From IMG/VR virus record IMGVR_UViG_2615840715_000006: a stretch of DNA of 64,000 nt; one strand, written 5' to 3'. Below, one piece after another: positions 52,208-60,924 of this stretch. The notes under the pieces are model-generated. The model worked only from the letters and a program-made list of their open reading frames with translations, ran no database searches and had not been told where the DNA came from. The DNA comes from an uncultured virus (IMG/VR IMGVR_UViG_2615840715_000006). Its lineage: Duplodnaviria; Heunggongvirae; Uroviricota; Caudoviricetes. How positions within the stretch are numbered: the stretch's first letter is position 1; each line of letters opens with the position of its first letter. Position numbers and translations under genes: made by a program.

Positions 52208-52792
52208 ATGACCAAGCTTTCCGACACCCAGCTCGTGATCCTCAGCGCCGCCGCGCAGCGCGAGGACCGCAACGTCCTGCCACTCCCCGGCTCGCTCCGC
52301 GGCGGCGCCGCCGCCAAGGTGGTCGGCGCGCTGCTCTCCCGTGGGCTGATTGCCGAGACGGCGACCGACAGCCGGGCCAAGACCGACGCCGCGCTCAACC
52401 GCATCTGGCGCAACGACGAGGACGGCAACGCCATCCTCCTGCACATCACCGACGCAGGCCTCGCCGCCATCGGCGTCGAGCCGGAGAGCGGCGGCAGCGC
52501 GCCCACGGACGCCGACGAGGCGCCGAGCGCGGAGCCCCCGCAGGACGCTCCAGCCGGGGCCGACCCCGCGCCTAAGGCGCGCACACCGCGCACGGGCACG
52601 AAGCAGGCGAAGCTGATCGAGATGCTCCGCGCAGAGGGTGGCGCGACCATCGAAGAGATCGTCGCCGAAACGGGGTGGCAAGCTCACACCGTCAGAGGTG
52701 CCATGTCCGGCGCGCTGAAGAAGAAGCTGGGCCTGACGATCACCTCCGAGAAGGTCGAGGGACGAGGTCGCGTCTACGCCATAGGCGGCTGA
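52208..52792 (+). CDS. DUF3489 wHTH protein
   Basis: TGWQAHTVRG..LKKKLGL. Confidence 0.85.
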   Translation: MTKLSDTQLVILSAAAQREDRNVLPLPGSLRGGAAAKVVGALLSRGLIAETATDSRAKTDAALNRIWRNDEDGNAILLHITDAGLAAIGVEPESGGSAPTDADEAPSAEPPQDAPAGADPAPKARTPRTGTKQAKLIEMLRAEGGATIEEIVAETGWQAHTVRGAMSGALKKKLGLTITSEKVEGRGRVYAIGG

Positions 52793-52846
52793 CACCTCGC
52801 GTGGCAACGAACTCCATGCCGCCGCCCAACGCTGGGCGGCGGTCCT

Positions 52847-53071
52847 TCATTCCACGCTCCGTATCCGGATCGCCTCAAACAGCCGCCTTAGCAGGTAGCC
52901 ACGCGCCAGCGAGACGCCGACGAAGGCGAGGCCGATGGTCAGATGCTCCGCGACACCCGTCTCGATCCCGAACCACGGGAACACGACGATCTGCGTGGCG
53001 ATGGCCAAGAAGTAGCCGACGACAACGTTCGCCGCGGCCTCAACCATCGACATGGCCCGGCTCTGCTTCAT
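52847..53071 (-). CDS. Small two-TM hypothetical protein
   Basis: Paralog of 24644..24868. Confidence 0.75.
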   Translation of the reverse strand: MKQSRAMSMVEAAANVVVGYFLAIATQIVVFPWFGIETGVAEHLTIGLAFVGVSLARGYLLRRLFEAIRIRSVE

Positions 53072-54051
53072 CGCAGGCTCTCCATGAAAGCCATCACGAA
53101 CTCTGCCGCAACCGGCGGCACGATCGCATTGCCGTAGCCCCGCAGGAGCCCCATGCGACCGGATATCCCATCAGCCAGCGGGAATGTTCCGGGCTCAACG
53201 GGCCGCCATTTTCCATCCCGGCAGAGGAGCCAGTCCGGATCTCGCCAGACACCGTCCGTCGCATTGGTCCCGGCGGGGTCGGCGCCATCGACCAGTCCAC
53301 CAGCTTCACCGTCCTGCGGCTCGCATCCGTGTTGCCCGCCGCGTTGTACGCTGACGTCGCGGGCGAACCCGCCATCGCCGTTGGCCAGCCCGCCAACCAC
53401 ACCTGCCGGCCGAGAAGCGCGTTGATCGGAACAGTCCGGCATTCGGATCCGTCCTTGTGATCCCGCGCCGAGGCTGTCGCCCAGCCCGCCCGGCTCCAGG
53501 GCCATGGCGCCGAAGAACAGGCGCTGGCGGATGTGCGGCGCGCCGATGCCCGCAGCCGGCAGATCGGCCGCCGCGACGGCGTAAGATGCCGCTTCCAGGT
53601 CAGCCGCCAGAGCGTCGAACCACGCCCACCCAGCCGGATCCTCAGCCGCTGTTCGAGCCGCGCCGCCAACGCGTCCGAGCACTGCCGTACTCGCGACCTG
53701 CTCGCCGAAAACGAACTCCGGGCGGCAGGCTGCGACGAGCCGCAGGAAGGCCGGGGCGAGATGGCGGTCATCGTCCTGTCCCTTGCGCTGCCCGGCCTGA
53801 CTGAATGGCTGGCAGGGCGGCGAACCGGTCCAGACGGACATGTCCTCGGCCACGCCCGCGAGGCGCAGCGCGTAGGGCCAACCGCCGATCCCGGCGAAGA
53901 AATGACATTGGGTGAAGCCGCGCAGGTCGACGGGCTCCACGTCCAGGATTGACCGCCCGTCTACTTCGCCATCCGGCAGCAGCTTGGCCGAGATCAGCTC
54001 CCGCAGCCATGCGCATGCCGCGAGATCGGCAACGTTGTAGTAGACGGCCAT
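53068..54051 (-). CDS. C5 methyltransferase alpha chain, M.EcoHK31I-like
   Basis: HFFAGIGG, SPPCQPFS, GEQV, PHIRQRLF, GYGNAIVP. Confidence 0.85.
   Translation of the reverse strand: MAVYYNVADLAACAWLRELISAKLLPDGEVDGRSILDVEPVDLRGFTQCHFFAGIGGWPYALRLAGVAEDMSVWTGSPPCQPFSQAGQRKGQDDDRHLAPAFLRLVAACRPEFVFGEQVASTAVLGRVGGAARTAAEDPAGWAWFDALAADLEAASYAVAAADLPAAGIGAPHIRQRLFFGAMALEPGGLGDSLGAGSQGRIRMPDCSDQRASRPAGVVGGLANGDGGFARDVSVQRGGQHGCEPQDGEAGGLVDGADPAGTNATDGVWRDPDWLLCRDGKWRPVEPGTFPLADGISGRMGLLRGYGNAIVPPVAAEFVMAFMESLR
53094..53771 (-). CDS. C5 methyltransferase beta chain in overlapping frame (start uncertain)
   Basis: ARDHKDG, WPT, LSPEHSRWLMGYP (motif IX-like). Confidence 0.7.
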   Translation of the reverse strand: MTAISPRPSCGSSQPAARSSFSASRSRVRQCSDALAARLEQRLRIRLGGRGSTLWRLTWKRHLTPSRRPICRLRASARRTSASACSSAPWPWSRAGWATASARDHKDGSECRTVPINALLGRQVWLAGWPTAMAGSPATSAYNAAGNTDASRRTVKLVDWSMAPTPPGPMRRTVSGEIRTGSSAGMENGGPLSPEHSRWLMGYPVAWGSCGATAMRSCRRLRQSS

Positions 54052-55373
54052 CAGGCTGCGGCATCGGCCTTGTCGCCCAGCCGCTCGGCCTTCACCTCGT
54101 CGAAGGTCCGGCCGTCTCCGTCGAGGATCACATCGCGCCCGGTCTCGGCCTGCCAGCGTTCGACAGCCACATCGACATAGGCCGGGCTGATCTCCATCGC
54201 GAAGACACGGCGGCCATTGGCCTCGCCCGCCATGATCTGCGACCCGGAACCCGAGAACGGCTCGTAGCAGAGCCCGCCGCGGGCGACATGCTGGCGCATC
54301 GGGATGCCGAACGCGTCGAGGGGTTTCGGCGTCGGGTGGTCGGGACGCTCGTCCTTTGCGAAGGACGGCATCTCCCAAGTCGAGGGCAGCGTCTGCTCGG
54401 CGACCTTCGGCGGGCGGTTCGGCCGGCGCCAGCCCATGAAGCAGGGCTCGTGCTTCCACAGGTAATGCGAGCGGGTCAGGACGCCGCGGTCCTTCACCCA
54501 GATGATCTGCTGGTGGACGAAGGCGCCGGCCTTTTCCCAGCAGGCCTCCAGCATCGCCTGGCGGCGAGAGGCGTGCCAGCAATACCAGGCGGCATCGTCG
54601 GTAATCGCCTCGGCGACCGCAGCGGCGATGAAACCGTCGTAGAGGTCCGCCCCCTGCGAACTGTCGTCCCAGGTTGTGCCGTAGGACGCCGACCAGTCCT
54701 TGTTGCGGGTCGGATGGTTCGAGCCGTCGTAGTCGACAAGATACGGCGGGTCGGTTGCGAACAGGATCGCCCGCTCACCACTCATCAGGCGGCGCACATC
54801 CTCGTGGCTGGTCGAGTCCCCGCAGAGCAGCCGGTGGTCGCCGAGGATCCACAGATCGCCTGTGCGCGAGGCCGGGTTGCGCGGCGGCTCGGGGATGGTC
54901 ACCGGAGGCACCGAGCCCCCGGCGCCACCCTCTTCTTCACCGCCCTCGTCCGGATCGAAGGCCAGCAGCTTGTCGAGCTCGCCGTCGGAGAAACCGACCA
55001 GCGACAGGTCGTAGTCGTCCGCGAGCAGGTCCTGCAGTTCGGCCGACAGCAGCGCCTCGTCCCAGGTGCCGAGTTCCGTCAGCTTGTTGTCCGCGATCCG
55101 GTAGGCCCGGCGCTGCGCCTCGGTCAGGTGGCCCAGTACGATCACCGGCGCCTCGGTCAGCCCCAGCTGCGTGGCGGCCAAGACGCGCCCGTGGCCCGCG
55201 ATCAGTTCTCCGTCCTCACCGACGAGGCACGGAACGGTCCAGCCGAACTCGGCCATGCTGGCGGCGATCTTCGCGACCTGGTCGGCGCCATGCACCTTCG
55301 CGTTCTTCGCGTAGGGCTGGAGCTTGGCCAGAGGCCAGGTTTCGATCCGCTCGGGGGCGAAGCTCAGCGTCAT
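54051..55373 (-). CDS. ParB-like + N4/N6 DNA methyltransferase
   Basis: DPPY, EPFSGSGS; paralog of 27216..28580. Confidence 0.9.
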   Translation of the reverse strand: MTLSFAPERIETWPLAKLQPYAKNAKVHGADQVAKIAASMAEFGWTVPCLVGEDGELIAGHGRVLAATQLGLTEAPVIVLGHLTEAQRRAYRIADNKLTELGTWDEALLSAELQDLLADDYDLSLVGFSDGELDKLLAFDPDEGGEEEGGAGGSVPPVTIPEPPRNPASRTGDLWILGDHRLLCGDSTSHEDVRRLMSGERAILFATDPPYLVDYDGSNHPTRNKDWSASYGTTWDDSSQGADLYDGFIAAAVAEAITDDAAWYCWHASRRQAMLEACWEKAGAFVHQQIIWVKDRGVLTRSHYLWKHEPCFMGWRRPNRPPKVAEQTLPSTWEMPSFAKDERPDHPTPKPLDAFGIPMRQHVARGGLCYEPFSGSGSQIMAGEANGRRVFAMEISPAYVDVAVERWQAETGRDVILDGDGRTFDEVKAERLGDKADAAA

Positions 55374-55530
55374 GGGCGGGTGGTGTCCGTCGTGAGGTGG
55401 ATACCGGCCGGAATCCGGACTCCGGATGCCGCGCTGGACTCCACGTGGGGTCCAGCGGCATCCGGGGTATCCGGCCCGCAGGCCAGCGATTATTGGTGTT
55501 CGCGCGGGAGTCGGGTGGCTCTGGCTTCTG

Positions 55531-55613
55531 GGTGGCTTCCCAAAAATCCGGCCCTGTCGCTGGCGAAATATTGCGCCAAGCCCGCCAGCATACATAGTCG
55601 CCAGGAAGGAACC
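55531..55613 (-). other. Putative cos site of element 2
   Basis: Conserved with 28738..28821. Confidence 0.55.
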
Positions 55614-55820
55614 ACGCACTTGGGCTGGGGGCGGACAGCGGCTCGCAAGGAAAGGATAAGCGCCTTTCCTTTCGTAACGGGTTCGCCAACGAAAGGATGT
55701 TTTTGCTCGGGTCCGTCCCGCGCGCGCCTCTCCCGAGTATATCCGGTTTCTAACCCGGGAGAGCCGTTTTTGTCTTAGCGAAAACTGTCCGGCGAACACT
55801 TTCCTATTGCGCCCATAGGC

Positions 55821-56249
55821 TTACGCGCCAGCGGCCAGCGCGATCACCTTGCGCTTCGACAGGCTGCGATTGAACGACCGCCTGTTGAGCGTCAGCGCGA
55901 TCACCGATAGCCCGTATTGCCAGTGCTGATGCGCCGCGGAGCGTCGCAGACCGACCGCCCAGCAGATCTCCTTCCAGCGCTCGCCATGCGCTTTCATCCA
56001 GACGATCTTGCCGTCGAGCGGCTCGAGGCAGGCCGTCCAGGTGAGGGTCTCCTCCATCCGGCTGATGTCCTGCGGCGAGGGCAGCACGCGCATCGGCTTT
56101 GGCTCCTGGCCGACCTTGTCGCCGAAGCTGTGGACGATCTCGGGCCACGTGCTGAAGTATCCTTGCCGCCGCGGCTCGGGCATCCGCTTCAGCACGAGGG
56201 CCGCCACGGCGAGCCGCTCCTCGACCATTGCCGGGGTCCAGTCCGTCAT
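55821..56249 (-). CDS. DUF6362-like HTH protein
   Basis: QGYFSTWPEI, WKEICWAVG; paralog of 28997..29377. Confidence 0.75.
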   Translation of the reverse strand: MTDWTPAMVEERLAVAALVLKRMPEPRRQGYFSTWPEIVHSFGDKVGQEPKPMRVLPSPQDISRMEETLTWTACLEPLDGKIVWMKAHGERWKEICWAVGLRRSAAHQHWQYGLSVIALTLNRRSFNRSLSKRKVIALAAGA

Positions 56250-56443
56250 CGCTGCACCTCCTGTTCCGAGGGGCGCGCGCCGTAAAGACGCTCGCCGAGT
56301 TGCCGTACTAGCTCCCGCTCAGGCCAAGTAAGTCTCTGGTCGTCAAGCGAAACTGCCAGAACGCCTTGCTCTTTCCAGCCTTCGCGCTTGACCTGTTCGG
56401 GGTCGCGGCGATGGCCGCCGTAGCCCTTGGGATGCCACCTCAT
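56246..56443 (-). CDS. Hypothetical protein
   Basis: MRWHPKGYGG; paralog of 29370..29570. Confidence 0.7.
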   Translation of the reverse strand: MRWHPKGYGGHRRDPEQVKREGWKEQGVLAVSLDDQRLTWPERELVRQLGERLYGARPSEQEVQR

Positions 56444-56976
56444 TGGACGCCTCCCTTGGTCTCCAGCGCCCAGAACAGGATGGCGATGGCATCGGCCTCG
56501 TTGTCGTCGGCCGGGCTGAATCCGCGGGCCCGGGCAGCGTCGATCATGGCATCCTTGTTCGCGTTGCCCTTGCCGGTAGCGAAGCGCTTGATCGTGCCCA
56601 CCGGGACGCCCTCGTAGGGCACGCCGCGCAGCTCTGCCCACGAGGTCAGCGTCGCCATGAGCCCGCCGTAGACATGCGCGGCGTCCGTGCCAGCGTGGCG
56701 GCGGACCTCCTCGAACCAGATCGCGGCGATGGGCCCGGAGAGCCGGTCCAGCTCGGCTAGCCAGTTCGTGAAGCGCAGATACCGCATGCCGCCGCCATCG
56801 AAGCGACCGGTACGGAAGGACACCGTGCCGGAGGTGATCAGCCCATCGGCTCCGTGCAGGGCCCACCCCGTGGTGATGCCGAGATCGAGCGCGAGCAAGG
56901 TGCGATCGGCGCGGTGCGCGACAGGCAGATCGGGGATTGCCTCGCGAGCGCTGGTGGCGAGAGTCATGTCAGCCAT
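56440..56976 (-). CDS. RuvC-like resolvase
   Basis: LALDLG, FEEV, DDNEADA. Confidence 0.85.
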   Translation of the reverse strand: MADMTLATSAREAIPDLPVAHRADRTLLALDLGITTGWALHGADGLITSGTVSFRTGRFDGGGMRYLRFTNWLAELDRLSGPIAAIWFEEVRRHAGTDAAHVYGGLMATLTSWAELRGVPYEGVPVGTIKRFATGKGNANKDAMIDAARARGFSPADDNEADAIAILFWALETKGGVQ

Positions 56977-57170
56977 GGGTGGTCTCCTCTTCTGGTTGGC
57001 TGCTCGGGTGGAAGACGACGGCGGCCTGGTGCTTGGCGGTACGGGGCCGCCGTCGTCGGATCGGGTGGTTCGGGCGAGGACGGGCCACGCGCGCGAAACC
57101 CCTGGGGGTGGGCGTGGGAGAACCCGCCTGCGGCGTTCTCCCCCACCCCCGTAGGGGGTGGTTTCTCCCC

Positions 57171-57421
57171 CCAAACTGGAAGTCTGCATCAACCCACTGA
57201 CAGAAAATGGGTTTTCCAGTTTGGATGGGTCACTTTCAGCATTTCCGGCCGAAACTGGTTGCAGCGTAGTCTTTGCGGTTCGAGCGCAATTCTGCAGGGG
57301 CAGTTTCGGAAGCGGGCCGAAACTGGCCACAACGGACGTGTGCGGGGCGGCGCGAAACGACGGCGAGGCAGTTTCGGAAAGGCCCCGCATCTGGTTCAAA
57401 CTGGCCCCTGCGCAATTCTGC
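57171..57421. repeat. Iteron-like AAACTG repeats (putative origin of element 2)
   Basis: AAACTGG at 57173, 57252, 57320, 57398; inverted CAGTTT at 57217, 57301, 57369; GCGCAATTCTGC twice. Confidence 0.65.
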
Positions 57422-57443
57422 GCGGAGCGATATGCGGGGGCGA

Positions 57444-59735
57444 TCATGGCCGCTCCCCCTCCGGATAGACCCAGACATTCGGGTTCTCGACCTCAAGGAG
57501 CGCCCCGGTCTGTGGCGATTTGTAATGGGTGGGCAGCACAGCGACGCTGGCGGGGGTGACCTCGCCGGTCGCCGGATCGACCTCCTCGCCGCCCGTGGGC
57601 ATGACCATTCCCTCGACGCAGAGGTACCCGAAGCGCGAACGCGACGGCCCGAGGCCATAGGGGGCGCCGTCGCGGATGAACTTGATGGCGCCCTTGGTCG
57701 CCTGCACCGCGATCCGGTCGCGGATCGAATCCTTACCGCCCAGACCGGCCTTGTTCTCGAAGGCCTCGGCGAACTGGTTGATGGTGTAGAGCCGCCCCTC
57801 GACCGCCTCGTCGAGCAGGAGGGAAAGGATCACGTCCCGCTTGCGATCACGCTCCGCGTCGTATTTGGCGCCGACCTCCGCACGCACCAACCTCTCGTTC
57901 ATGGGATTGATCTCGGCCCATGCGCCATCCAGCTTGTCGACGAGCTTCGCTGGCAGTGCCGGCCCGTTCCGGAGCTCGATTTCCAACCGCCTCTGGGTAG
58001 AGTCCTCCTCGGGTCGGTGCAGGATCAAACCGGTGGTGTAGAAGCCCCGGAGCGCGCTGGCGCCGGATAGCGCAAGGAACGGATCCTCCTTCACCTGGTG
58101 CTTGGAGAGCTTCTTGGTGTGGTGAACGAGGATCACGCCGCACTCGGGATTGACGTGGTCGCGCAGCACCTCGACCCGGTCCTTGAGGAAGAACATCATG
58201 GCGGCGTTGTCGTTTTCGCCACCGCCATCAGGGCCGCCATCGAAGAGGTTGCGGATCGGGTCGATGCAGAGGATGTCGAGTGGTTCGTCGGGGAACGCGG
58301 CCCTGATTGCCTCGGCCACGCGGGCGCTGCCCTCGGCATCGAGCAGCATCCGCAGTTTCGGCGTAACGATAAGGTTGTCGCGCGCGGCGGCGATCAGCTC
58401 GGGCTGGAGACCGATCTGCTGCATGCGCTCTCGCAGGTAGTGGTACTGGATCTCGGCCTGCAGATAGAAGATCCGGAGTGGCCGAGGCGGGGTGAAGCCG
58501 AGGAAGGGCACGCCCGCCGCCATGTGCACGAGCAAGGCGATCAGAAGATCGCTCTTGCCGACCTTCGGCGCGCCGCCCAGCACCAGGAGCCCGCTTGGCG
58601 TCAGCACGCGCGGGCCGATGATGTCGTCCGGCATCGGGCTCGTGTCGTCAAGGAGCGCGCCCAGAGTGAAGGTCGGCAAGTCCGTCTGCGTGGGCGCTGC
58701 GCTGTCGAGGCGGATCAGCGGCGGCCCGTGCCGCTTGATGTGCAGCTCCCAGAGGCGGTTGGTCTCGCGCTTCAGCCGGTCGAGTGGCCAGGACGGGCGC
58801 AGCATCGCGGCGTTGTAGCCGCAGATCGCCGTCCAGCCCTCGTCCATCGACATCCGGCCCTCGTGGACCAGCCGCAGGAAATAGCCGATGGCGGCCGAGG
58901 CGCCCTCGAAGCGGGACCAGTCGTCCGTGCCGCCCTCGCGAACGGGCGTCACCAGCACGTCGTCGATTGCAGGTTTCTCGCGGGGCTCCGCCGTGGTCAT
59001 GCCGACGCCTGCCATGGGCGGCATGTCGGCGACGCGCTCGGCCATTTCGGCGAGATCGACCTCGAGCTCGGTCGCCTCGCGGATCTGCACGAGCCGGGTC
59101 AGCCCGCCCTTATGATAGACGGTGCCGGGCACGCGGATTGGCTGGTGGGCCGAGCGGAAATGGGTGTCGCCGCCGACCTTGAGCGCGATCTCGCCGCGCA
59201 GTTCGCACAGCCGGTCGAGATCCAGGCCCTCCGCGGGCTCGGTCAGCTTCCACCAGACATGGAGCTTGGTCGCGCCTTCGCGCGTGCGCCCGCCGCTCTC
59301 GACGATCAGCGTTGGCCGCCCGAGATGGTGGAGGAGATGATCGAGCTTGGCCGGGATGTCGCCGGAGTCGAGATCGACCACGAGGCTCTGCATCTGCAGG
59401 ACATCCGCGGCGCGGGCCTGGCCCGTTTCCGCGACCGTGCCGGGAATGACGTAGACCGCGGCGCCCTCGCGCGATGCCCAGCCGGCGAAGGTGGCGAGCT
59501 TCTCCGGCGCCGTAGCATCCGCCTCGATCCAGATGTTGTGCGGCCGGCCGTCCTTGCCCTGACCCTTGTCGACGAAGCCACGGACCGGGATTAGCCCCTC
59601 GGAGTAGCCGAAGACGACATCGACGAAGCAGGCGATCTGGTCCGCGTCCGGTTCGACCGCGAAGGGATCGTGCAGCGGCGCCGCGTCGTTGAAATCCCGC
59701 CAGGGATTGAAGTGGATGATGTTGTCGTCGCTCAT
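57444..59735 (-). CDS. Primase-AAA_25 helicase
   Basis: GAPKVGKS, ILCIDP; paralog of 30447..32768. Confidence 0.85.
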   Translation of the reverse strand: MSDDNIIHFNPWRDFNDAAPLHDPFAVEPDADQIACFVDVVFGYSEGLIPVRGFVDKGQGKDGRPHNIWIEADATAPEKLATFAGWASREGAAVYVIPGTVAETGQARAADVLQMQSLVVDLDSGDIPAKLDHLLHHLGRPTLIVESGGRTREGATKLHVWWKLTEPAEGLDLDRLCELRGEIALKVGGDTHFRSAHQPIRVPGTVYHKGGLTRLVQIREATELEVDLAEMAERVADMPPMAGVGMTTAEPREKPAIDDVLVTPVREGGTDDWSRFEGASAAIGYFLRLVHEGRMSMDEGWTAICGYNAAMLRPSWPLDRLKRETNRLWELHIKRHGPPLIRLDSAAPTQTDLPTFTLGALLDDTSPMPDDIIGPRVLTPSGLLVLGGAPKVGKSDLLIALLVHMAAGVPFLGFTPPRPLRIFYLQAEIQYHYLRERMQQIGLQPELIAAARDNLIVTPKLRMLLDAEGSARVAEAIRAAFPDEPLDILCIDPIRNLFDGGPDGGGENDNAAMMFFLKDRVEVLRDHVNPECGVILVHHTKKLSKHQVKEDPFLALSGASALRGFYTTGLILHRPEEDSTQRRLEIELRNGPALPAKLVDKLDGAWAEINPMNERLVRAEVGAKYDAERDRKRDVILSLLLDEAVEGRLYTINQFAEAFENKAGLGGKDSIRDRIAVQATKGAIKFIRDGAPYGLGPSRSRFGYLCVEGMVMPTGGEEVDPATGEVTPASVAVLPTHYKSPQTGALLEVENPNVWVYPEGERP

Positions 59736-60490
59736 GCCGGCAGGCTCCAGCAGCGCTCGGCCCATGGGCAGAACCGGCATTCGAAGAAGTCGCGGTTCTG
59801 GGCCACGCGCGGCAGCAACTCGCCCGCATCGGTGGCGCGCAGGATTCGCACGCCGCGGTCGGACATGCGCTGCGCGAGATCGGCGTCGAATGGCACGAGC
59901 TCGTGGTGCAGCTCGGCCGTGTCCTTGTTGATCGCGGTGAAGAGCGCCGGGTTGGCCGAGATGCCCGGCACCGTCGCTTCCATGTAGGCCTGGTAGAGCG
60001 CGATCTGCGCCGCGTAGACGGGCTTGGCGACGGTCACGCCCTTGGCCACCGTCTCGCGCCAGTTCTTCGCGTTCATGGTCTTGCACTCCCAGAGCGCGGG
60101 AGTGCGCAGCCCCAGCGCCGCCGGGGCCTCGGCAACGATCCCGTCGACGTGGCCGCGGATCCGCCCGCCCGCGACGGAGAAGCCGAACTGGCCGCCGTCA
60201 CGTTTCTGGGTGACCAGATCGAGCCCCGCCGTCCGCAGCCAGCGGATGGCGAGATCCTCGAGTTCATGCCCGATCGCGAAGATCCGGAGCGACCGGCCGG
60301 AGAAGTCGTGGCCTTCGTCCTTCGGTGCGCCCGCAAACTCGAACTGCAGCGCGCGCTCGCAGGCATGGCCGAGCCGGGACGCGCCGAGATAGTCGCGCGG
60401 CGGAGTTGCCGCGCGCTCTGCCTCGAGCGCGGCATCCACGGCGGCGTTGATGCGCTCCGCGATGCCAGGGCGGTGGTTGTAGTCCAGCAT
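59732..60490 (-). CDS. Cas4-like exonuclease
   Basis: WECKT, CRFCPWAERC. Confidence 0.8.
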   Translation of the reverse strand: MLDYNHRPGIAERINAAVDAALEAERAATPPRDYLGASRLGHACERALQFEFAGAPKDEGHDFSGRSLRIFAIGHELEDLAIRWLRTAGLDLVTQKRDGGQFGFSVAGGRIRGHVDGIVAEAPAALGLRTPALWECKTMNAKNWRETVAKGVTVAKPVYAAQIALYQAYMEATVPGISANPALFTAINKDTAELHHELVPFDADLAQRMSDRGVRILRATDAGELLPRVAQNRDFFECRFCPWAERCWSLPA

Positions 60491-60924
60491 CAGAACGGGA
60501 TCCCCGACTCGGCGGCGATCTCCGCCATCTCCGCGCGGAACGCCTCGACGGTTGTGACGATCAGCCGGTGCATGTCATTCTGAGTCAGCTGCCCCAGCGG
60601 TCGGTCCCAGCCGATGCGCTCCATCTCGGGGGCGAGCGCGCGCATCACGGCGGGCAGCGCCTGGGTTTCTTCTTCGGTGAAATCGACCATGCTCAGTCCT
60701 CTCTTCGCTTTTCGGGTGAAGGCCGTCTGGCAGCCCATGGAGCAGAACCAGCGGCGGGTTTGGGTGCGGGTTGGGCGCGTCCGGTGGGGATCGAACCAGC
60801 CGAAGCCGCGGGTGCGCGCGGTGCAGACGGCGCAGAGGAGCGGGCGCGGATGCCAGAGGCGATCAATGCCCGGTCGATCCGGAGCCGCTTTGGGCGGGGA
60901 TGGGACTTGCGCGACATGGCTCAC
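60490..60924 (-). CDS. DUF6511-like Zn-finger protein
   Basis: GTG start overlapping helicase stop; CAVC..FCSMGC; ends GIPF. Confidence 0.7.
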   Translation of the reverse strand: MSHVAQVPSPPKAAPDRPGIDRLWHPRPLLCAVCTARTRGFGWFDPHRTRPTRTQTRRWFCSMGCQTAFTRKAKRGLSMVDFTEEETQALPAVMRALAPEMERIGWDRPLGQLTQNDMHRLIVTTVEAFRAEMAEIAAESGIPF

